Shown here: in pieces, positions 1-10,728 of the stretch | Numbering within the stretch: position 1 is the first letter of the stretch | Layout of the letters: each line of letters starts with the position of its first letter | NCBI GenBank assembly: GCA_963815455.1 | Contig: CAWFGO010000005.1 | Location: 96,001 to 160,000, forward strand | Length of the DNA stretch: 64,000 nucleotides | Origin: an uncultured Verrucomicrobiae bacterium | GTDB taxonomy: Bacteria > Verrucomicrobiota > Verrucomicrobiia > Chthoniobacterales > UBA10450 | Direction: 5' to 3' | Translations under genes and position numbers: made by a program | Notes under the pieces: generated by a model | Databases searched by the model: none | What the model saw: only the letters and a program-made list of their open reading frames with translations | Told to the model about the DNA's origin: nothing

Positions 1-39
1 TGGCCGCGTTCTTTCCCAAGCCGCGGTCAGCGCCCGCGG

Positions 40-1031
40 CTACAGCAATTCAGCGATCTGGACCGCGTTCAACGCCGCGCCCTTGAGCAATTGGTCGCCC
101 GATACCCAAAACGACAGTCCGTTTTCAAGCGCGCAATCCAGGCGGACGCGGCCAACCTGGCAATTGTCTTTCCCCGCCACACTCAAAGGCATGGGGTAAC
201 GATTATTCTGCGGTTCATCGACCAACTCCAGCCCCGGCGCCTTGGCCAGGACTTCGCGCGCCTGTTCCACCGACACCTTTTTCTCAAACTCTGCGTTCAC
301 GGCCACCGAATGCGCGCGATAAACCGGCACCCGAACGCAGGTAACTGAAGCGCGGAACTCGGGCAAATGCATAATTTTGCGTCCTTCGTTTTGCATTTTC
401 ATTTCTTCCTTGGTGTAGCCGCTCTCGAGAAAAGAATCTACGTGCGGCAGCAGATTGAACGCGATCGGGTGCGGATAGACTTTTGTTTGTCGATCTTCTT
501 CACCGTTTGCTACCTGCCGTTTCAATTCCTCAATTGCCCGCTGGCCGCTTCCTGAGACTGCTTGATAACTTGCCGCGAAAATACGGCGAACACCAAATAC
601 CCGGTGCAATGGATAAAGCGCCATCAGCGCGACGGCTGTCGTGCAATTCGGGTTGGCAATAATGCCGCGGTGGCTCCGCGCATCCTCGGCATTGATTTCC
701 GGAATCACCAGCGGCACCTGCGGCTCCATCCGAAAAACGGACGAATTGTCGATCGTAATCGCGTCGGCCTGGCAGGCGATCGGAACAAATTTCCGCGAGA
801 TTTCTCCGCCGGCGCTAAAAAAAGCGATGTCGATCTTGTCGAACGAGTGTTCGCCAAGTTCTGTCAACGGGAATGGATTCATCGCGAAATCGAACCGATT
901 TTCCCGACGAGCGGGCGGACGCCAGAGGTCGCAAGACTTGCTACTGGAAAACCGCGCCGCTCCAGAACACTCAACAGTTCCTGGCCAACCGCACCAGTCG
1001 CGCCTACGATGGCGATATGATAACCTTTCAT
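40..1031 (-). CDS. asd: Aspartate-semialdehyde dehydrogenase (two apparent frameshifts near the N-terminus)
   Basis: ORF 40..882 has ANPNCTT, TCVRVPV, AHS and DQLLKGAALNAVQIAE. The Rossmann start MKGYHIAIVGATGAVGQE reads from ATG 1031 in another frame; indels near 935 and 865. Confidence 0.95.
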
Positions 1032-1063
1032 CCGCAGCCGGACTTTATCGCCTGCCTGATCTG

Positions 1064-1522
1064 ATGCAAACCTCGATGACCATTCACGTTTCGATTCGTA
1101 ATCAGCGGCTCACCCTGAAAGAGGGCGAGAAAACAATCCGCACTTATCCCGTCTCCACTTCCCGATTCGGAATCGGCACGGAGGAGGGAAGCAATAAAAC
1201 GCCAACCGGACGTTTTCGCGTCGTGGAAAAAATCGGCGGCGACATGCCGAGTGGAACAATTTTTCGAAGTCGCATTCCGCTCGGCCCCGACGATCCTCCG
1301 CCGCCGACGGAGGATTTGGTGTTATCGCGCATTCTCTGGCTCGACGGACTGGACGATCACAACGCGAACACTCGCGGCCGTTTTATTTACATCCACGGCA
1401 CGAAACACGAGCACAAGATCGGAACCGCTGACAGTCACGGCTGCGTCCGAATGCGCAACGCGGACGTGATCGAACTGTTCGATCTCGTGGATGAAGAGAC
1501 GCCAGTCGTGATCGAGGAATGA
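1064..1522 (+). CDS. L,D-transpeptidase (YkuD family)
   Basis: YPVSTS, TPTGRF and catalytic IYIHGT...SHGCVRM motif; likely start ATG 1064 inside ORF 641..1522. Confidence 0.9.
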   Translation: MQTSMTIHVSIRNQRLTLKEGEKTIRTYPVSTSRFGIGTEEGSNKTPTGRFRVVEKIGGDMPSGTIFRSRIPLGPDDPPPPTEDLVLSRILWLDGLDDHNANTRGRFIYIHGTKHEHKIGTADSHGCVRMRNADVIELFDLVDEETPVVIEE

Positions 1523-1669
1523 AGTTCACTTTCATCGTTTGGATATAGACTGGGATTCGGCTGTCGGAATCCCGGTGGATAATCCAAAAAGATCGAGAAA
1601 ATCGTTGCTTCCATGGGGTTCCCTGCCTAAACAGGCGGAGCAACTTGCGGTGAAAGGAGGCGATATAAA

Positions 1670-1801
1670 TTGAGATTTTTAAAAGCGATCATGATCGTGG
1701 CTGTTTTGGCCAGTGCGTTGACCTTGGGGGCGTGTGCCCACAAACAAGAATCAAGCACCACCAGCACAACGGCGGCGAGTTCCACCGGTTACTCGAAGTA
1801 A
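1670..1801 (+). CDS. Small 43-aa lipoprotein (not in ORF track)
   Basis: GAAAGGAGG Shine-Dalgarno at 1652-1660, TTG start, MRFLKAIMIVAVLASALTLGAC lipobox, Ser/Thr-rich tail, terminator directly downstream. Confidence 0.75.
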   Translation: MRFLKAIMIVAVLASALTLGACAHKQESSTTSTTAASSTGYSK

Positions 1802-1833
1802 ATCCCGTTTGTTTGGCGTGGATAACTTTAACC

Positions 1834-1867
1834 AAAAGGCCAGGTCGTATTCGGCCTGGCCTTTTTT
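1834..1867 (+). terminator. Rho-independent terminator
   Basis: AAAAGGCCAGG-loop-CCTGGCCTTTTTT hairpin plus T tract. Confidence 0.8.
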
Positions 1868-1989
1868 GTTGGTGAATGTCATGTCGATGCAGTCCATGGC
1901 GCTGTGCGCCGTGTCGAGGCCACCGCGGTGGCTACGGCTGATGCATCGGCTCCCTTCCAATTTCATCCAGTTCCATTTAAACTGCGCCG

Positions 1990-3492
1990 ATGGAACTCAA
2001 CGGCCAGACATTGACTCTTGCGGAGATCGCCGCGGTCGCTCTTGGTAACGAGACTATTCGAATTTCGGCAGCAGCTCGCCCGCGCATTCTGGCTTCGCGC
2101 AAAGTGATCGAGGAAATCGTTGCCCGTAATGCCGTCGTTTACGGAGTGAACACCGGTTTCGGCAAACTGGCCGATGTTCGGATTCCCCAGGGAGACTTGC
2201 GCGAACTCCAACTCAATCTGGTTCGCAGCCACGCCTGTGGCATAGGCAATCCGCTTTCCGAGCCCGAGGTGCGCGCCATGATGCTGCTCCGGGCCAACGT
2301 GCTCGCTCTCGGTTACAGCGGAATCAGGATCGACATCGTCGAGATGCTTTGCGAAATGCTCAACCGCCGCGTGCAGCCGGTCGTTCCCGAGAAAGGATCG
2401 GTCGGCGCCAGTGGCGATCTCGCGCCACTTGCCCATCTCGCTTTGAGCTTGATCGGTGAAGGCGAATCGTTTTTCGAAGGGCAACGAATGCCGGGCGCCG
2501 ACGCACTGAAGCGCGCGAAATTGAAACCGGTCCAGCTCGAAGCCAAGGAAGGCCTTGCGCTCCTCAACGGCACTCAGGCCATGCACGCGGTCGGTGGATT
2601 GTCGATCTTGCGAGCAAAACGGTTGTCGCGCGTCGCCGATATTTCCGGCGCGATGACTCTCGAAGCGCTTAAGGGCACTCCCGCAGCGTTCGATCCTCGG
2701 CTCCATGAAGCCCGGCCGCATCCCGGCCAGAAAGCGGTCGCCCAACATCTGTTGTCGATCATGGAAGGCAGCGAGATCCGCGAATCGCACGTTGAGGACG
2801 ATCCGCGCGTTCAGGACGCTTACAGTCTGCGTTGTATGCCACAGGTCCACGGCGCCGTTCGAGGCGCGCTGGATCATTGCGAAAGCGTTCTGCTCGTCGA
2901 ATCCGCATCGGCCACCGATAACCCGCTCGTCTTTGAAAATGGCGACGTGATCTCCGGCGGAAATTTTCACGGCGCGCCGCTGGCGCTCGCATTCGATTAT
3001 GCTGCAATTGCCCTGACAGATCTAATGAGCATCGGTGAACGTCGCATTGACCGGCTCAATAATCCCGATAAGAGCGAAGGTCTGCCTGCGTTTCTCGCGC
3101 GTCGAGCCGGCCTGGAATCCGGATTCATGATCGCCCATGTGGCGGCGGCCTCATTGGTAAACGAAGCGCGGGTCCTGGCCCATCCGGCCAGCGTTGACAA
3201 CGTGACAACGTCCGGCGGAAAAGAAGACCACGTCTCGATGGGAATGACCGCGGCGTTGAAATTGCGGTCAATTGTCGATCTTGCCGAGAATTTGCTCGCC
3301 ATCGAACTGCTGGCCGGCGCGGAAGCGTTGGAACATCGACGCCCGCTCAAAGCCGGAGCCGGTGTCGAACGCGCTTTCACGGCCATCCGTAAAATCGCGC
3401 CGCCGCTGACTAAAGATCGTTCGCTCTCGGGCGACATCGCCCGTGTGGCCGAAGCGATTCGCCGGGGAGATTTCGATAGCGAAAAACTATGA
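1990..3492 (+). CDS. hutH: Histidine ammonia-lyase
   Basis: [11 protein letters not shown]-forming [29 protein letters not shown]. Confidence 0.97.
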   Translation: MELNGQTLTLAEIAAVALGNETIRISAAARPRILASRKVIEEIVARNAVVYGVNTGFGKLADVRIPQGDLRELQLNLVRSHACGIGNPLSEPEVRAMMLLRANVLALGYSGIRIDIVEMLCEMLNRRVQPVVPEKGSVGASGDLAPLAHLALSLIGEGESFFEGQRMPGADALKRAKLKPVQLEAKEGLALLNGTQAMHAVGGLSILRAKRLSRVADISGAMTLEALKGTPAAFDPRLHEARPHPGQKAVAQHLLSIMEGSEIRESHVEDDPRVQDAYSLRCMPQVHGAVRGALDHCESVLLVESASATDNPLVFENGDVISGGNFHGAPLALAFDYAAIALTDLMSIGERRIDRLNNPDKSEGLPAFLARRAGLESGFMIAHVAAASLVNEARVLAHPASVDNVTTSGGKEDHVSMGMTAALKLRSIVDLAENLLAIELLAGAEALEHRRPLKAGAGVERAFTAIRKIAPPLTKDRSLSGDIARVAEAIRRGDFDSEKL

Positions 3493-5156
3493 GCGGGAAA
3501 CGAATCATCCGGGCGCCGCGCGGGACAAAGCTCAGTTGCAAAGGCTGGCACCAGGAAGCGGCCATGCGGATGATCATGAACAATCTCGATCCGGATGTGG
3601 CCGAGGCTCCGGACCGGCTGGTTGTTTACGGCGGAACGGGACGCGCCGCGCGAAGCTGGGAAGCGTTCGATGCGATTGTCGATTCGCTGCGCAAGCTCGA
3701 GAACGACGAAACGTTGCTTGTTCAATCTGGGAAGCCGGTCGGAAAATTCCGGACGCACGATGAAGCGCCACGGGTTTTGATCGCGAATTCAAACCTCGTC
3801 GGACAATGGAACAATTACGCCGAGTTTAACAAGCTCGAGCGTCTGGGACTGACGATGTACGGACAGATGACCGCCGGCTCGTGGATTTACATCGGCAGTC
3901 AGGGAATCGTTCAGGGAACGTTCGAGACGTTTGCTGCGGCGGGCCGCAGGCATTTCGCCGGCTCGCTGGAAGGAAAGTTTGTTGTAACCGGCGGTCTGGG
4001 TGGAATGGGCGGGGCGCAACCGCTGGCCGCGACCATGAATGGCGCGCTATTTCTCGGAGTCGATGTCGATCCTGCACGGATCGAGAAGAGATTGAAGAGC
4101 GGCTATTGCGACAAGATCGCATGGTCGCTGGATGAAGCACTGAAGCTGATCGATCAGGCGCGCAAAGATCGACAAGCGATTTCAGTCGGGCTCGTCGGCA
4201 ATTGCGCCGATGTTCTGCCCGAAATCGTTAAGCGCGGCGTGGTGCCGGATATTCTCACCGATCAAACCAGCGCGCACGACGCGTTGAACGGGTACGTGCC
4301 GCACGGGATGTCGCTCGAAGACGCGTTGGCGTTGCGGGCAAAAAATCCCGAGTCGTACATCGACAAATCGATGCGTTCGATGGCTGTGCACGTCGAAGCC
4401 ATGCTCGCGCTGAAAAAGAAAGGAGCCGTCACGTTCGATTACGGAAACAACATTCGGGCCCAGGCGCAGAAGGCTGGCGTTAAGAACGCGTTCGATATTC
4501 CCGGGTTCGTTCCGGAGTACATTCGTCCGCTCTTTTGCGAAGGGAAGGGCCCGTTCCGCTGGGTCGCGTTGAGCGGTGATCCCGCCGACATCGCTCGGAC
4601 CGACAAGCTCGCGCTGGAAATCTTCCCGAAGAACGAAACGTTATCTCGCTGGATGAAGCTCGCGAAAGAGCGGATTCAATTTCAAGGATTGCCCGCGCGG
4701 ATTTGCTGGCTCGGCTACGGCGAGCGCGCCGAATTCGGTGTGGCCATGAACGATTTGGTCAAGCGGGGCGAAATCAAAGCGCCCATCGTGATCGGGCGCG
4801 ATCACCTCGATGCCGGCTCGGTTGCATCGCCCAATCGCGAAACCGAGGGGATGATCGACGGCAGCGATGCCATCGCCGATTGGCCGTTGCTCAATGCGCT
4901 GGTGAACACCGCCGCCGGCGCGTCCTGGGTCTCAATCCACAACGGCGGCGGCGTCGGGATCGGTTACTCGCAGCACGCCGGCATGGTCGTGGTCGCCGAC
5001 GGCACGGAAAATTCGAAGCGAAGGTTGGAACGCGTGCTCACCAGCGATCCCGGCATGGGCGTTCTCCGTCATGTTGACGCCGGATATGAGCGTGCAATCG
5101 ATTTCGCTGAAAAAAATAGGATCACGGTGCCCATGAAACCCAATGCACGCGATTAG
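3489..5156 (+). CDS. hutU: Urocanate hydratase
   Basis: [43 protein letters not shown]; overlaps the hutH stop (ATGA). Confidence 0.98.
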   Translation: MSGKRIIRAPRGTKLSCKGWHQEAAMRMIMNNLDPDVAEAPDRLVVYGGTGRAARSWEAFDAIVDSLRKLENDETLLVQSGKPVGKFRTHDEAPRVLIANSNLVGQWNNYAEFNKLERLGLTMYGQMTAGSWIYIGSQGIVQGTFETFAAAGRRHFAGSLEGKFVVTGGLGGMGGAQPLAATMNGALFLGVDVDPARIEKRLKSGYCDKIAWSLDEALKLIDQARKDRQAISVGLVGNCADVLPEIVKRGVVPDILTDQTSAHDALNGYVPHGMSLEDALALRAKNPESYIDKSMRSMAVHVEAMLALKKKGAVTFDYGNNIRAQAQKAGVKNAFDIPGFVPEYIRPLFCEGKGPFRWVALSGDPADIARTDKLALEIFPKNETLSRWMKLAKERIQFQGLPARICWLGYGERAEFGVAMNDLVKRGEIKAPIVIGRDHLDAGSVASPNRETEGMIDGSDAIADWPLLNALVNTAAGASWVSIHNGGGVGIGYSQHAGMVVVADGTENSKRRLERVLTSDPGMGVLRHVDAGYERAIDFAEKNRITVPMKPNARD

Positions 5157-5161
5157 TCTAT

Positions 5162-5185
5162 TGTAGCCGGCATCGGTGATGCCGG
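5162..5185 (+). repeat. GTAG-type REP palindrome, left of RAYT
   Basis: TGTAGCCGGCATCGGTGATGCCGG; inverted near-copy at 5683-5706. Confidence 0.85.
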
Positions 5186-5193
5186 TTTCTTAG

Positions 5194-5655
5194 ATGCCCA
5201 AACATTTATCCCGGCTCGAGCGTGTGTGGGTCGAGTCACCGATTTATTTCATCACGACCTGCACGTTCAAACGCAGGTCAATTCTAGCATCCGAGAACAT
5301 CGCCAACATTCTTCGCGAGGAATGGCAGAATGCGCACCATCGACATGGATGGGTCATTGGGCGGTAAGTAATCATGCCCGATCACGTGCATTTCTTCTGC
5401 TCTGCCGAATTCAATGCGACGAAATTGTCGAAATTTCTGCAGTCATGGAAACAATGGACGAGTAAACGTATCAGCCGTGAGGTTGGCCTTTTGGGGAAAA
5501 TTTGGCAGGCAGAGTTCTTCGATCACGTCTTGCGATCAGGCGAAAGCTACAGTCAAAAATGGGACTACGTGAGAGAGAATCCAAAGCGCGCCGGATTAGT
5601 TGCAAACAGAGATGATTGGTTGTGGCAGGGCGAAATCGAGTCACTCATCTTGTAG
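5194..5655 (+). mobile_element. REP-associated tyrosine transposase (RAYT, Y1 HUH) with an in-frame stop
   Basis: IYFITTCT, MPDHVH (HUH), WQAEFFDHVLRS, YVRENP..AGLV; TAA at about 5365 just before the HUH motif. Confidence 0.88.
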
Positions 5656-5682
5656 TTTGCGCCAAACAGCGGAATTCAAGAT

Positions 5683-5706
5683 CCGGGATCACCGATCCCG
5701 GCTACA
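5683..5706 (-). repeat. GTAG-type REP palindrome, right of RAYT
   Basis: Reverse complement TGTAGCCGGGATCGGTGATCCCGG matches 5162-5185 at 22/24, with compensatory stem changes. Confidence 0.85.
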
Positions 5707-5772
5707 GATTCATCGAATCGGACAAATTTTGGTAAGCCGGCGCTCGTATGCTACTAATCAGTCGCAACTTAT

Positions 5773-5943
5773 ATGCAAAAACTGATTGAATGCGTGCCGA
5801 ATTTTTCCGAGGGGCGCGTTCTGAATGTGATTCGTCCGATTGCCGATGCGATTCAGTCAGTGAATAGCGTTTCGCCGCTCGATGGGATACGCCAGCGAAT
5901 GTCCTCTCTTATTATCCGCCTGGCGGTGGAAGTTGATTCATGA
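5773..5943 (+). pseudogene. ftcD: N-terminal remnant of glutamate formiminotransferase
   Basis: MQKLIECVPNFSEGR is the diagnostic FTCD start; similarity lasts about 37 codons, then the frame runs into the convergent DUF1501 gene. Confidence 0.8.
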
Positions 5944-7310
5944 AACCGAGGTCGGACGTGGAGAATCGATTGATGTTTGGCAGGACGGTAACCAGGTCAG
6001 TCGGGCTGGAAATTCCGTACCATTTTGCCAGTGTGGCCGAGTACTGATCGACAGAGGTGCTTGGTACCCATCGGCCTTCGCCGATGTCGTCCGGTCCGTT
6101 GAGCGCGAGCGTCGGATAGGCGCCGTATATGTCGCCACCTTTGACGGAACCACCGAGCACCATCGAGTGGCTGCCCCAGGCGTGGTCTGCGCCTGAGCCG
6201 TTGGCTTGAAATGTTCGCCCGAAGTCCGAGGCGGTAAACAAGGTTACGCGATCGGTGATATTGAGTTCCTCGGTGGCCTGATAAAAGGCGCTCATGCACT
6301 GGCTCAATTCGGCTAACAGATTCGCTTGAGAGGCCATCTCGTTGCTATGGGTATCGTAACCGCCTACCGAGCAAAAGAAAATCTGGCGCCGCATTCCGAG
6401 GGCTTCTCGCGCGGCGATGATTTTGGCGATCGTTTGCAGTTGGTCGCTGAGATCGGAGTTACCGGGAAACGGAGTATTGAGCGTGATTCCGTTCAGCGCG
6501 CTTTTGAGCAGCGCGTCATTGGTAATGGCGCGGTTGGTGATTCTTGCGAACTCGGCTTCAAACAGGTTCTGGTGGGGCAGGTTGAGCAAGTCCTGCACGG
6601 CTTGGTAGCGGATTTGTCCGTTGTGCCCGCCGAACCCGGTCAAACTGATGGGCCCGGCATTTGAGACCTGGTTATCGGAGACAGTTCGGCCGACTTGAAA
6701 AGCATTGGCGCCGGCGAGGGAGATCGACATCGAAATCGTGTCGACGTTGTTGAAGGAAGTGAGGAGATCGGCCAGTCGTCCACCCCAGCCACTGGTTGGC
6801 GGTGCATCGGGCCAGCCGGTCTGCCATTCCACCTGTTGATCGGCATGTGAAAAAAGCTGCGGCGGGAGCTTGGCGGTGCCGTTGAGGTATTGCACCCGGG
6901 TAGTCGGCTCGACCAAGGTGCCGACATTCGCCATGAGTGCGAGTTTGCGATCGTTATTAAAAAGCGATTGCAACTCAGGCATGTTTGGATGCAATCCAAA
7001 AGTGCGGCCCTGGCCGTCCGGAGTCACCAGATTGAGCGGGAGCAGCGAGTCTTGCGCGAGCGCCAGTGGACCGCGGGCGGCGGAGTAAACTTGATAGCCG
7101 GACGCATCCGTCGGCACGATCATATTATTGGCGTCGTTGCCCCCGTACAAAAAACAGACAGACGAGAGCGCGGAATTCGGTGCTGGAACCTATGGCCTGG
7201 GCAGTGGCGGCGTTGATCGCGCGCAAGTTCCAGACGGTGGACGCGATGGAGGTAGTGCCGAGCGCGGCGCAGGCCGCCTGTCGAAGAAAACTGCGACGAG
7301 TGATTTCCAT
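5912..7310 (-). CDS. DUF1501 protein with Tat signal (frameshift in T6 run at 7149-7154)
   Basis: TRRSFL twin-arginine leader, RALVCLFLYGGND, LFSHADQQ, GYDTH, SDFGRT, DHAWG. Confidence 0.9.
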
Positions 7311-7328
7311 ATGATTTTGCGGGGTAAA

Positions 7329-8960
7329 CTATCTTTCAGTGACGAACTCCGGCGAGGTAGCGAGGAGGTGAACAGCGGTTTGAGCGCGTTCGAGCGTGCT
7401 TGTCGGAGGAATCTGGGTTACGGCGTTGACCACAATATTTCGCGTCGCGGCCGACATGTTCCCGTTCATCAGCAAATCTTTGAGCGAATCGACCATTGCG
7501 CCGGGATCGGAAGCCTTCGCCGTTAGCGAAGATAAATTGAGGACGAGCGCATCCGGATTCCCAACGGAAGTCTGTTGATAGGTGGCTCTGCGCATTTTAT
7601 TGGCGGACGTGATGACCGTGGTGTCGGTGGTGATCTGAAATTCGGGGGATAACAATCCCGCCTGCTCGATTGCGCCTGGTTGCGCATAATCCGGTGCGAA
7701 GAAATTAAACACGCTCGGGGCGAAGAGCGGCGCTTGGCCGAATGTAAAGGACTGGTCGTTGACGATAAATTTGCCGCTCGCAGATGAGGCGCTGAAAGCG
7801 CGGTAAAGATTCGCCAGTCGAATGACCGGTTCGCGCTCTTTCCCATAACCCGCGGCTGTCGTCTGGGCGCTCGAACGGGCTTCGTTGTCGAGAAGAATGG
7901 CTTGCACGACAGCCTTGAGGTCGCCCCGGATGCCCTTGCCGTTATTCGCGAAAACGGCGGCGACGCGTGAAATGTAACCCGGCGACGGATTGCTCGTGAT
8001 CAGGCGCTGAATCAATCGGCGCGCAATAAACGGCCCGGTGTTCGGATGATTGAACAACTGGTCCAACGCGGCTTTCAGGTCCTGGGCCTGGGTCTGATTG
8101 GCCGGCAATGTAACTCCGTTCAAAAGCGTTTTGGGCCCCGTGTCGTGATGCTCGGAGAAGGCCATCATTGGCTGGCGATAATTGGGCGGGGCCCAACTCC
8201 AGGTCGGCATGCCGGTTTGCGCCCAATACCAGCCCGTGAACACGTGGGCAAAGCCTTCGACCGCGTCCTGATCGTAGCTTGGAATCGGCTGATTGTTGGC
8301 GTCGCGTTGCTGAGAGCCGTCAGGATTGAGTTTATAGAGCCCAATGGTGAAGAGCTGCATGACTTCGCGAGCGTAGTTCTCGTTGGGCTCGGTATTCCGA
8401 TAATGGTTCGGCTTATCGTTATGAACCATGTCGAGGTAATCGCCCATGGCTGGATTCAACGTCACGTCCTCGATTAGCGTCCGGAAATTGGCGAATGCAT
8501 CCCGGGCCAGAAGGTCCCAATAAACCGCCATCGCTTCGGGATGCTCGAACATCCCGTTGCCATTGGCCGAAACCACCATGATCTCGCTAAGAGCGAAAGC
8601 GACTCGCTGCCGGAGTTGGTCGGGCGCGTTTACAACGGTGTACCACCAAGCTTCCTGGAATTGGCGGTTAGATGGCCCGTCGTCCGGAGGTAATGCCGCT
8701 ACGGCTGCGTCGACGCGCGGAAGTGTAGCGGAGGCGGAAGTGGCAAACTGTTGCTTCAAGAACTTGTTAAATCCTTTTTTCTGCACCTGCGAAATCAGCG
8801 CCGTGGTCGGACCGAACGTGGCTTGATTGAGAAAACGGGCCGCGTCCGAACTGGTCACTTTGCCGGCCTTGCTCTTCGCCTCCGCGGCAGCGGCGAGGCT
8901 GATCAGAAGAATGCTTGTGGAAAGAGCGAAGTATTTCGCTTGGAAGAAAGGGGGTTTCAT
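7329..8960 (-). CDS. DUF1800 protein, secreted
   Basis: AARFLNQATFGPT, DQLRQRVAFALSEI, PNENYAREVMQLFTIG, APSVFNF; usual partner of DUF1501. Confidence 0.92.
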   Translation of the reverse strand: MKPPFFQAKYFALSTSILLISLAAAAEAKSKAGKVTSSDAARFLNQATFGPTTALISQVQKKGFNKFLKQQFATSASATLPRVDAAVAALPPDDGPSNRQFQEAWWYTVVNAPDQLRQRVAFALSEIMVVSANGNGMFEHPEAMAVYWDLLARDAFANFRTLIEDVTLNPAMGDYLDMVHNDKPNHYRNTEPNENYAREVMQLFTIGLYKLNPDGSQQRDANNQPIPSYDQDAVEGFAHVFTGWYWAQTGMPTWSWAPPNYRQPMMAFSEHHDTGPKTLLNGVTLPANQTQAQDLKAALDQLFNHPNTGPFIARRLIQRLITSNPSPGYISRVAAVFANNGKGIRGDLKAVVQAILLDNEARSSAQTTAAGYGKEREPVIRLANLYRAFSASSASGKFIVNDQSFTFGQAPLFAPSVFNFFAPDYAQPGAIEQAGLLSPEFQITTDTTVITSANKMRRATYQQTSVGNPDALVLNLSSLTAKASDPGAMVDSLKDLLMNGNMSAATRNIVVNAVTQIPPTSTLERAQTAVHLLATSPEFVTER

Positions 8961-9061
8961 AGTGGGATTGGCCGAAACGCTCGCTATTTTGCAGCAAGAG
9001 TTGAACCATAATTGCCATAATTGTGACGGTTGTGACGGGAACGCGGCAAGGGTTCACTTTT

Positions 9062-9134
9062 TTGAACGTTGAACGTTGAGCGTTGAGCGTTGGCCGATTG
9101 CGAGCATGAGCATGAGCATGAGCATGAGCACGAG
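9062..9134 (+). repeat. Short tandem repeats (GA[A/G]CGTT)x4 and (GAGCAT)x4
   Basis: Directly visible; the hexamer gives four in-frame ATGs at 9106, 9112, 9118 and 9124. Confidence 0.85.
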
Positions 9135-10728
9135 TAAAAGCAGATATGACGTCGTCATTCTGGGCGCGGGGCATAACGGTCTCGTGGCTGCGAGTTATCT
9201 CGGCCGCGCGGGACTGAGTGTGCTGCTTCTGGAAAAAAACGATTACATCGGCGGTGCGACGACTTCACAGAAGGTTTTTCCCGATTATGACGCGCGGCTT
9301 TCGCGCTACTCGTATCTGGTCAGTTTGTTTCCGGAGAAAATTATTCGTGATCTCGGATTGAATCTCGAGCTCCGGCGGCGCGCGATCGGGTCGTTTACGC
9401 CCTACCTCAAAGACGGCCGCCACGATGGATTGCTGCTGAGCAATGTCGATGAAGAGGCGAGCCGTCGATCGATTGTCGATCTTACTGGAAGCGATGCCGA
9501 GTACGAACAGATGAAGAAGTTTTACAATTTGTCGCGGGTGTTTGCCGAACATTCCTGGGATTCCATGCTCGAGCCGCTCGTGGCCAAGGAGGAGTTTCAG
9601 CGCCGGTTCGATGTCGATCCTGTTTCACGCGAGGCGTGGCGCAGTCTGGCCGAGGAACCGCTCGGACGCGCAATCGAGCGTCATTTGAAAAACGATCTGG
9701 TGCGCGGCCTCGTCCTGACCGATGCCAAGATCGGCGTCTTTACCCATCCCCACGATCCGTCGCTCCTGCAGAATCGCTGTTTTCTTTATCACTTGATCGG
9801 TAACAAGACCGGCGAATGGAAGGTGCCGGTAGGCGGGATGGGTGCGGTGGCGTTTGAACTGGAACAGGCCGCGCGAAAAGCCGGCGCCGAATTCGTCACC
9901 AATGTCGATCTTCGCGCTGTCGATGGGAGAGGGGAGAACAAGACCGTTGAGTTTGAAATCAATGAGGAACGGCAGAGGGTCGAGGCGCGATTTCTTTTGG
10001 TCAACTTTGGCCGGAATGTCCTGGGAAAATTAACCGGCCAATTATTTCAGCCCGAGCGCACGGACGAAGGCTCCGTGTTCAAAATTAACATGCTGCTTCG
10101 GCGATTACCCAAGTTGAAGGCGAAGAATCATCCGGCGACCGAGGCGTGGTGCGGAACGTTTCATAGTGACGAAGGCTACGAAGCGATGAAAGTGAGCTAC
10201 GATCAGGCCTCGAAGGGGCAATTACCGGACAAGACACCGTGCGAGGTGTATTGCCACACCCTGACCGACGACAGCATTCTCGCTCCGGAGCTGCGGGAAC
10301 AAGGTTTTCATACGATGACACTTTTCGGGCTCGACGCGCCCTACTCGCTATTTGCGCGTGACAACAAAACGATGCGAGCGGATGCCGAGAAAAAATTTCT
10401 CGCGAGCATGAATCAGTGGCTGGAAGAACCGCTCGAAGCATGCCTCGCCGTTGGACGCAATGGCGAACCCTGCATTGAGAGCAAGAGCCCGCTGGATATC
10501 GAGAACGCGCTGGGGATGTATCACGGCAATATTTTTCACGACGCCCCGACGTGGCCATTCGCGATCGAAGAGGCACAAGCCGGCACCTGGGGCGTCGAAA
10601 CCGAATTCGAAAATGTGTTTCTATGCGGCTCGAGCGCGCAGCGCGGCGGCGCGGTCAGCGGCATTCCCGGGCACAATGCAGCGATGAAAGTGCTGAAAGC
10701 GTTGGTTCCGGGGAGCACAGGCTGCTAG
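9124..10728 (+). CDS. Phytoene dehydrogenase-like NAD(P)/FAD oxidoreductase
   Basis: GAGHNGLVAA, LLEK..IGGA, GGMGAV, GNIFH, GGAVSGIPGHNAA. Confidence 0.9.
   Translation: MSTSKSRYDVVILGAGHNGLVAASYLGRAGLSVLLLEKNDYIGGATTSQKVFPDYDARLSRYSYLVSLFPEKIIRDLGLNLELRRRAIGSFTPYLKDGRHDGLLLSNVDEEASRRSIVDLTGSDAEYEQMKKFYNLSRVFAEHSWDSMLEPLVAKEEFQRRFDVDPVSREAWRSLAEEPLGRAIERHLKNDLVRGLVLTDAKIGVFTHPHDPSLLQNRCFLYHLIGNKTGEWKVPVGGMGAVAFELEQAARKAGAEFVTNVDLRAVDGRGENKTVEFEINEERQRVEARFLLVNFGRNVLGKLTGQLFQPERTDEGSVFKINMLLRRLPKLKAKNHPATEAWCGTFHSDEGYEAMKVSYDQASKGQLPDKTPCEVYCHTLTDDSILAPELREQGFHTMTLFGLDAPYSLFARDNKTMRADAEKKFLASMNQWLEEPLEACLAVGRNGEPCIESKSPLDIENALGMYHGNIFHDAPTWPFAIEEAQAGTWGVETEFENVFLCGSSAQRGGAVSGIPGHNAAMKVLKALVPGSTGC

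Noticed and set aside
40..1031. asd as a true pseudogene or recoded gene
   Set aside because: Normally essential and otherwise well conserved; the indels match the window-wide error pattern.
641..1063. Long N-terminal extension of the L,D-transpeptidase
   Set aside because: Overlaps asd on the opposite strand; the domain begins after ATG 1064.
1963..2970. Long antisense ORFs (also 15393..16232, 23427..24464, 25456..26640)
   Set aside because: Shadows of well-supported genes in GC-rich DNA, with no recognisable motifs.
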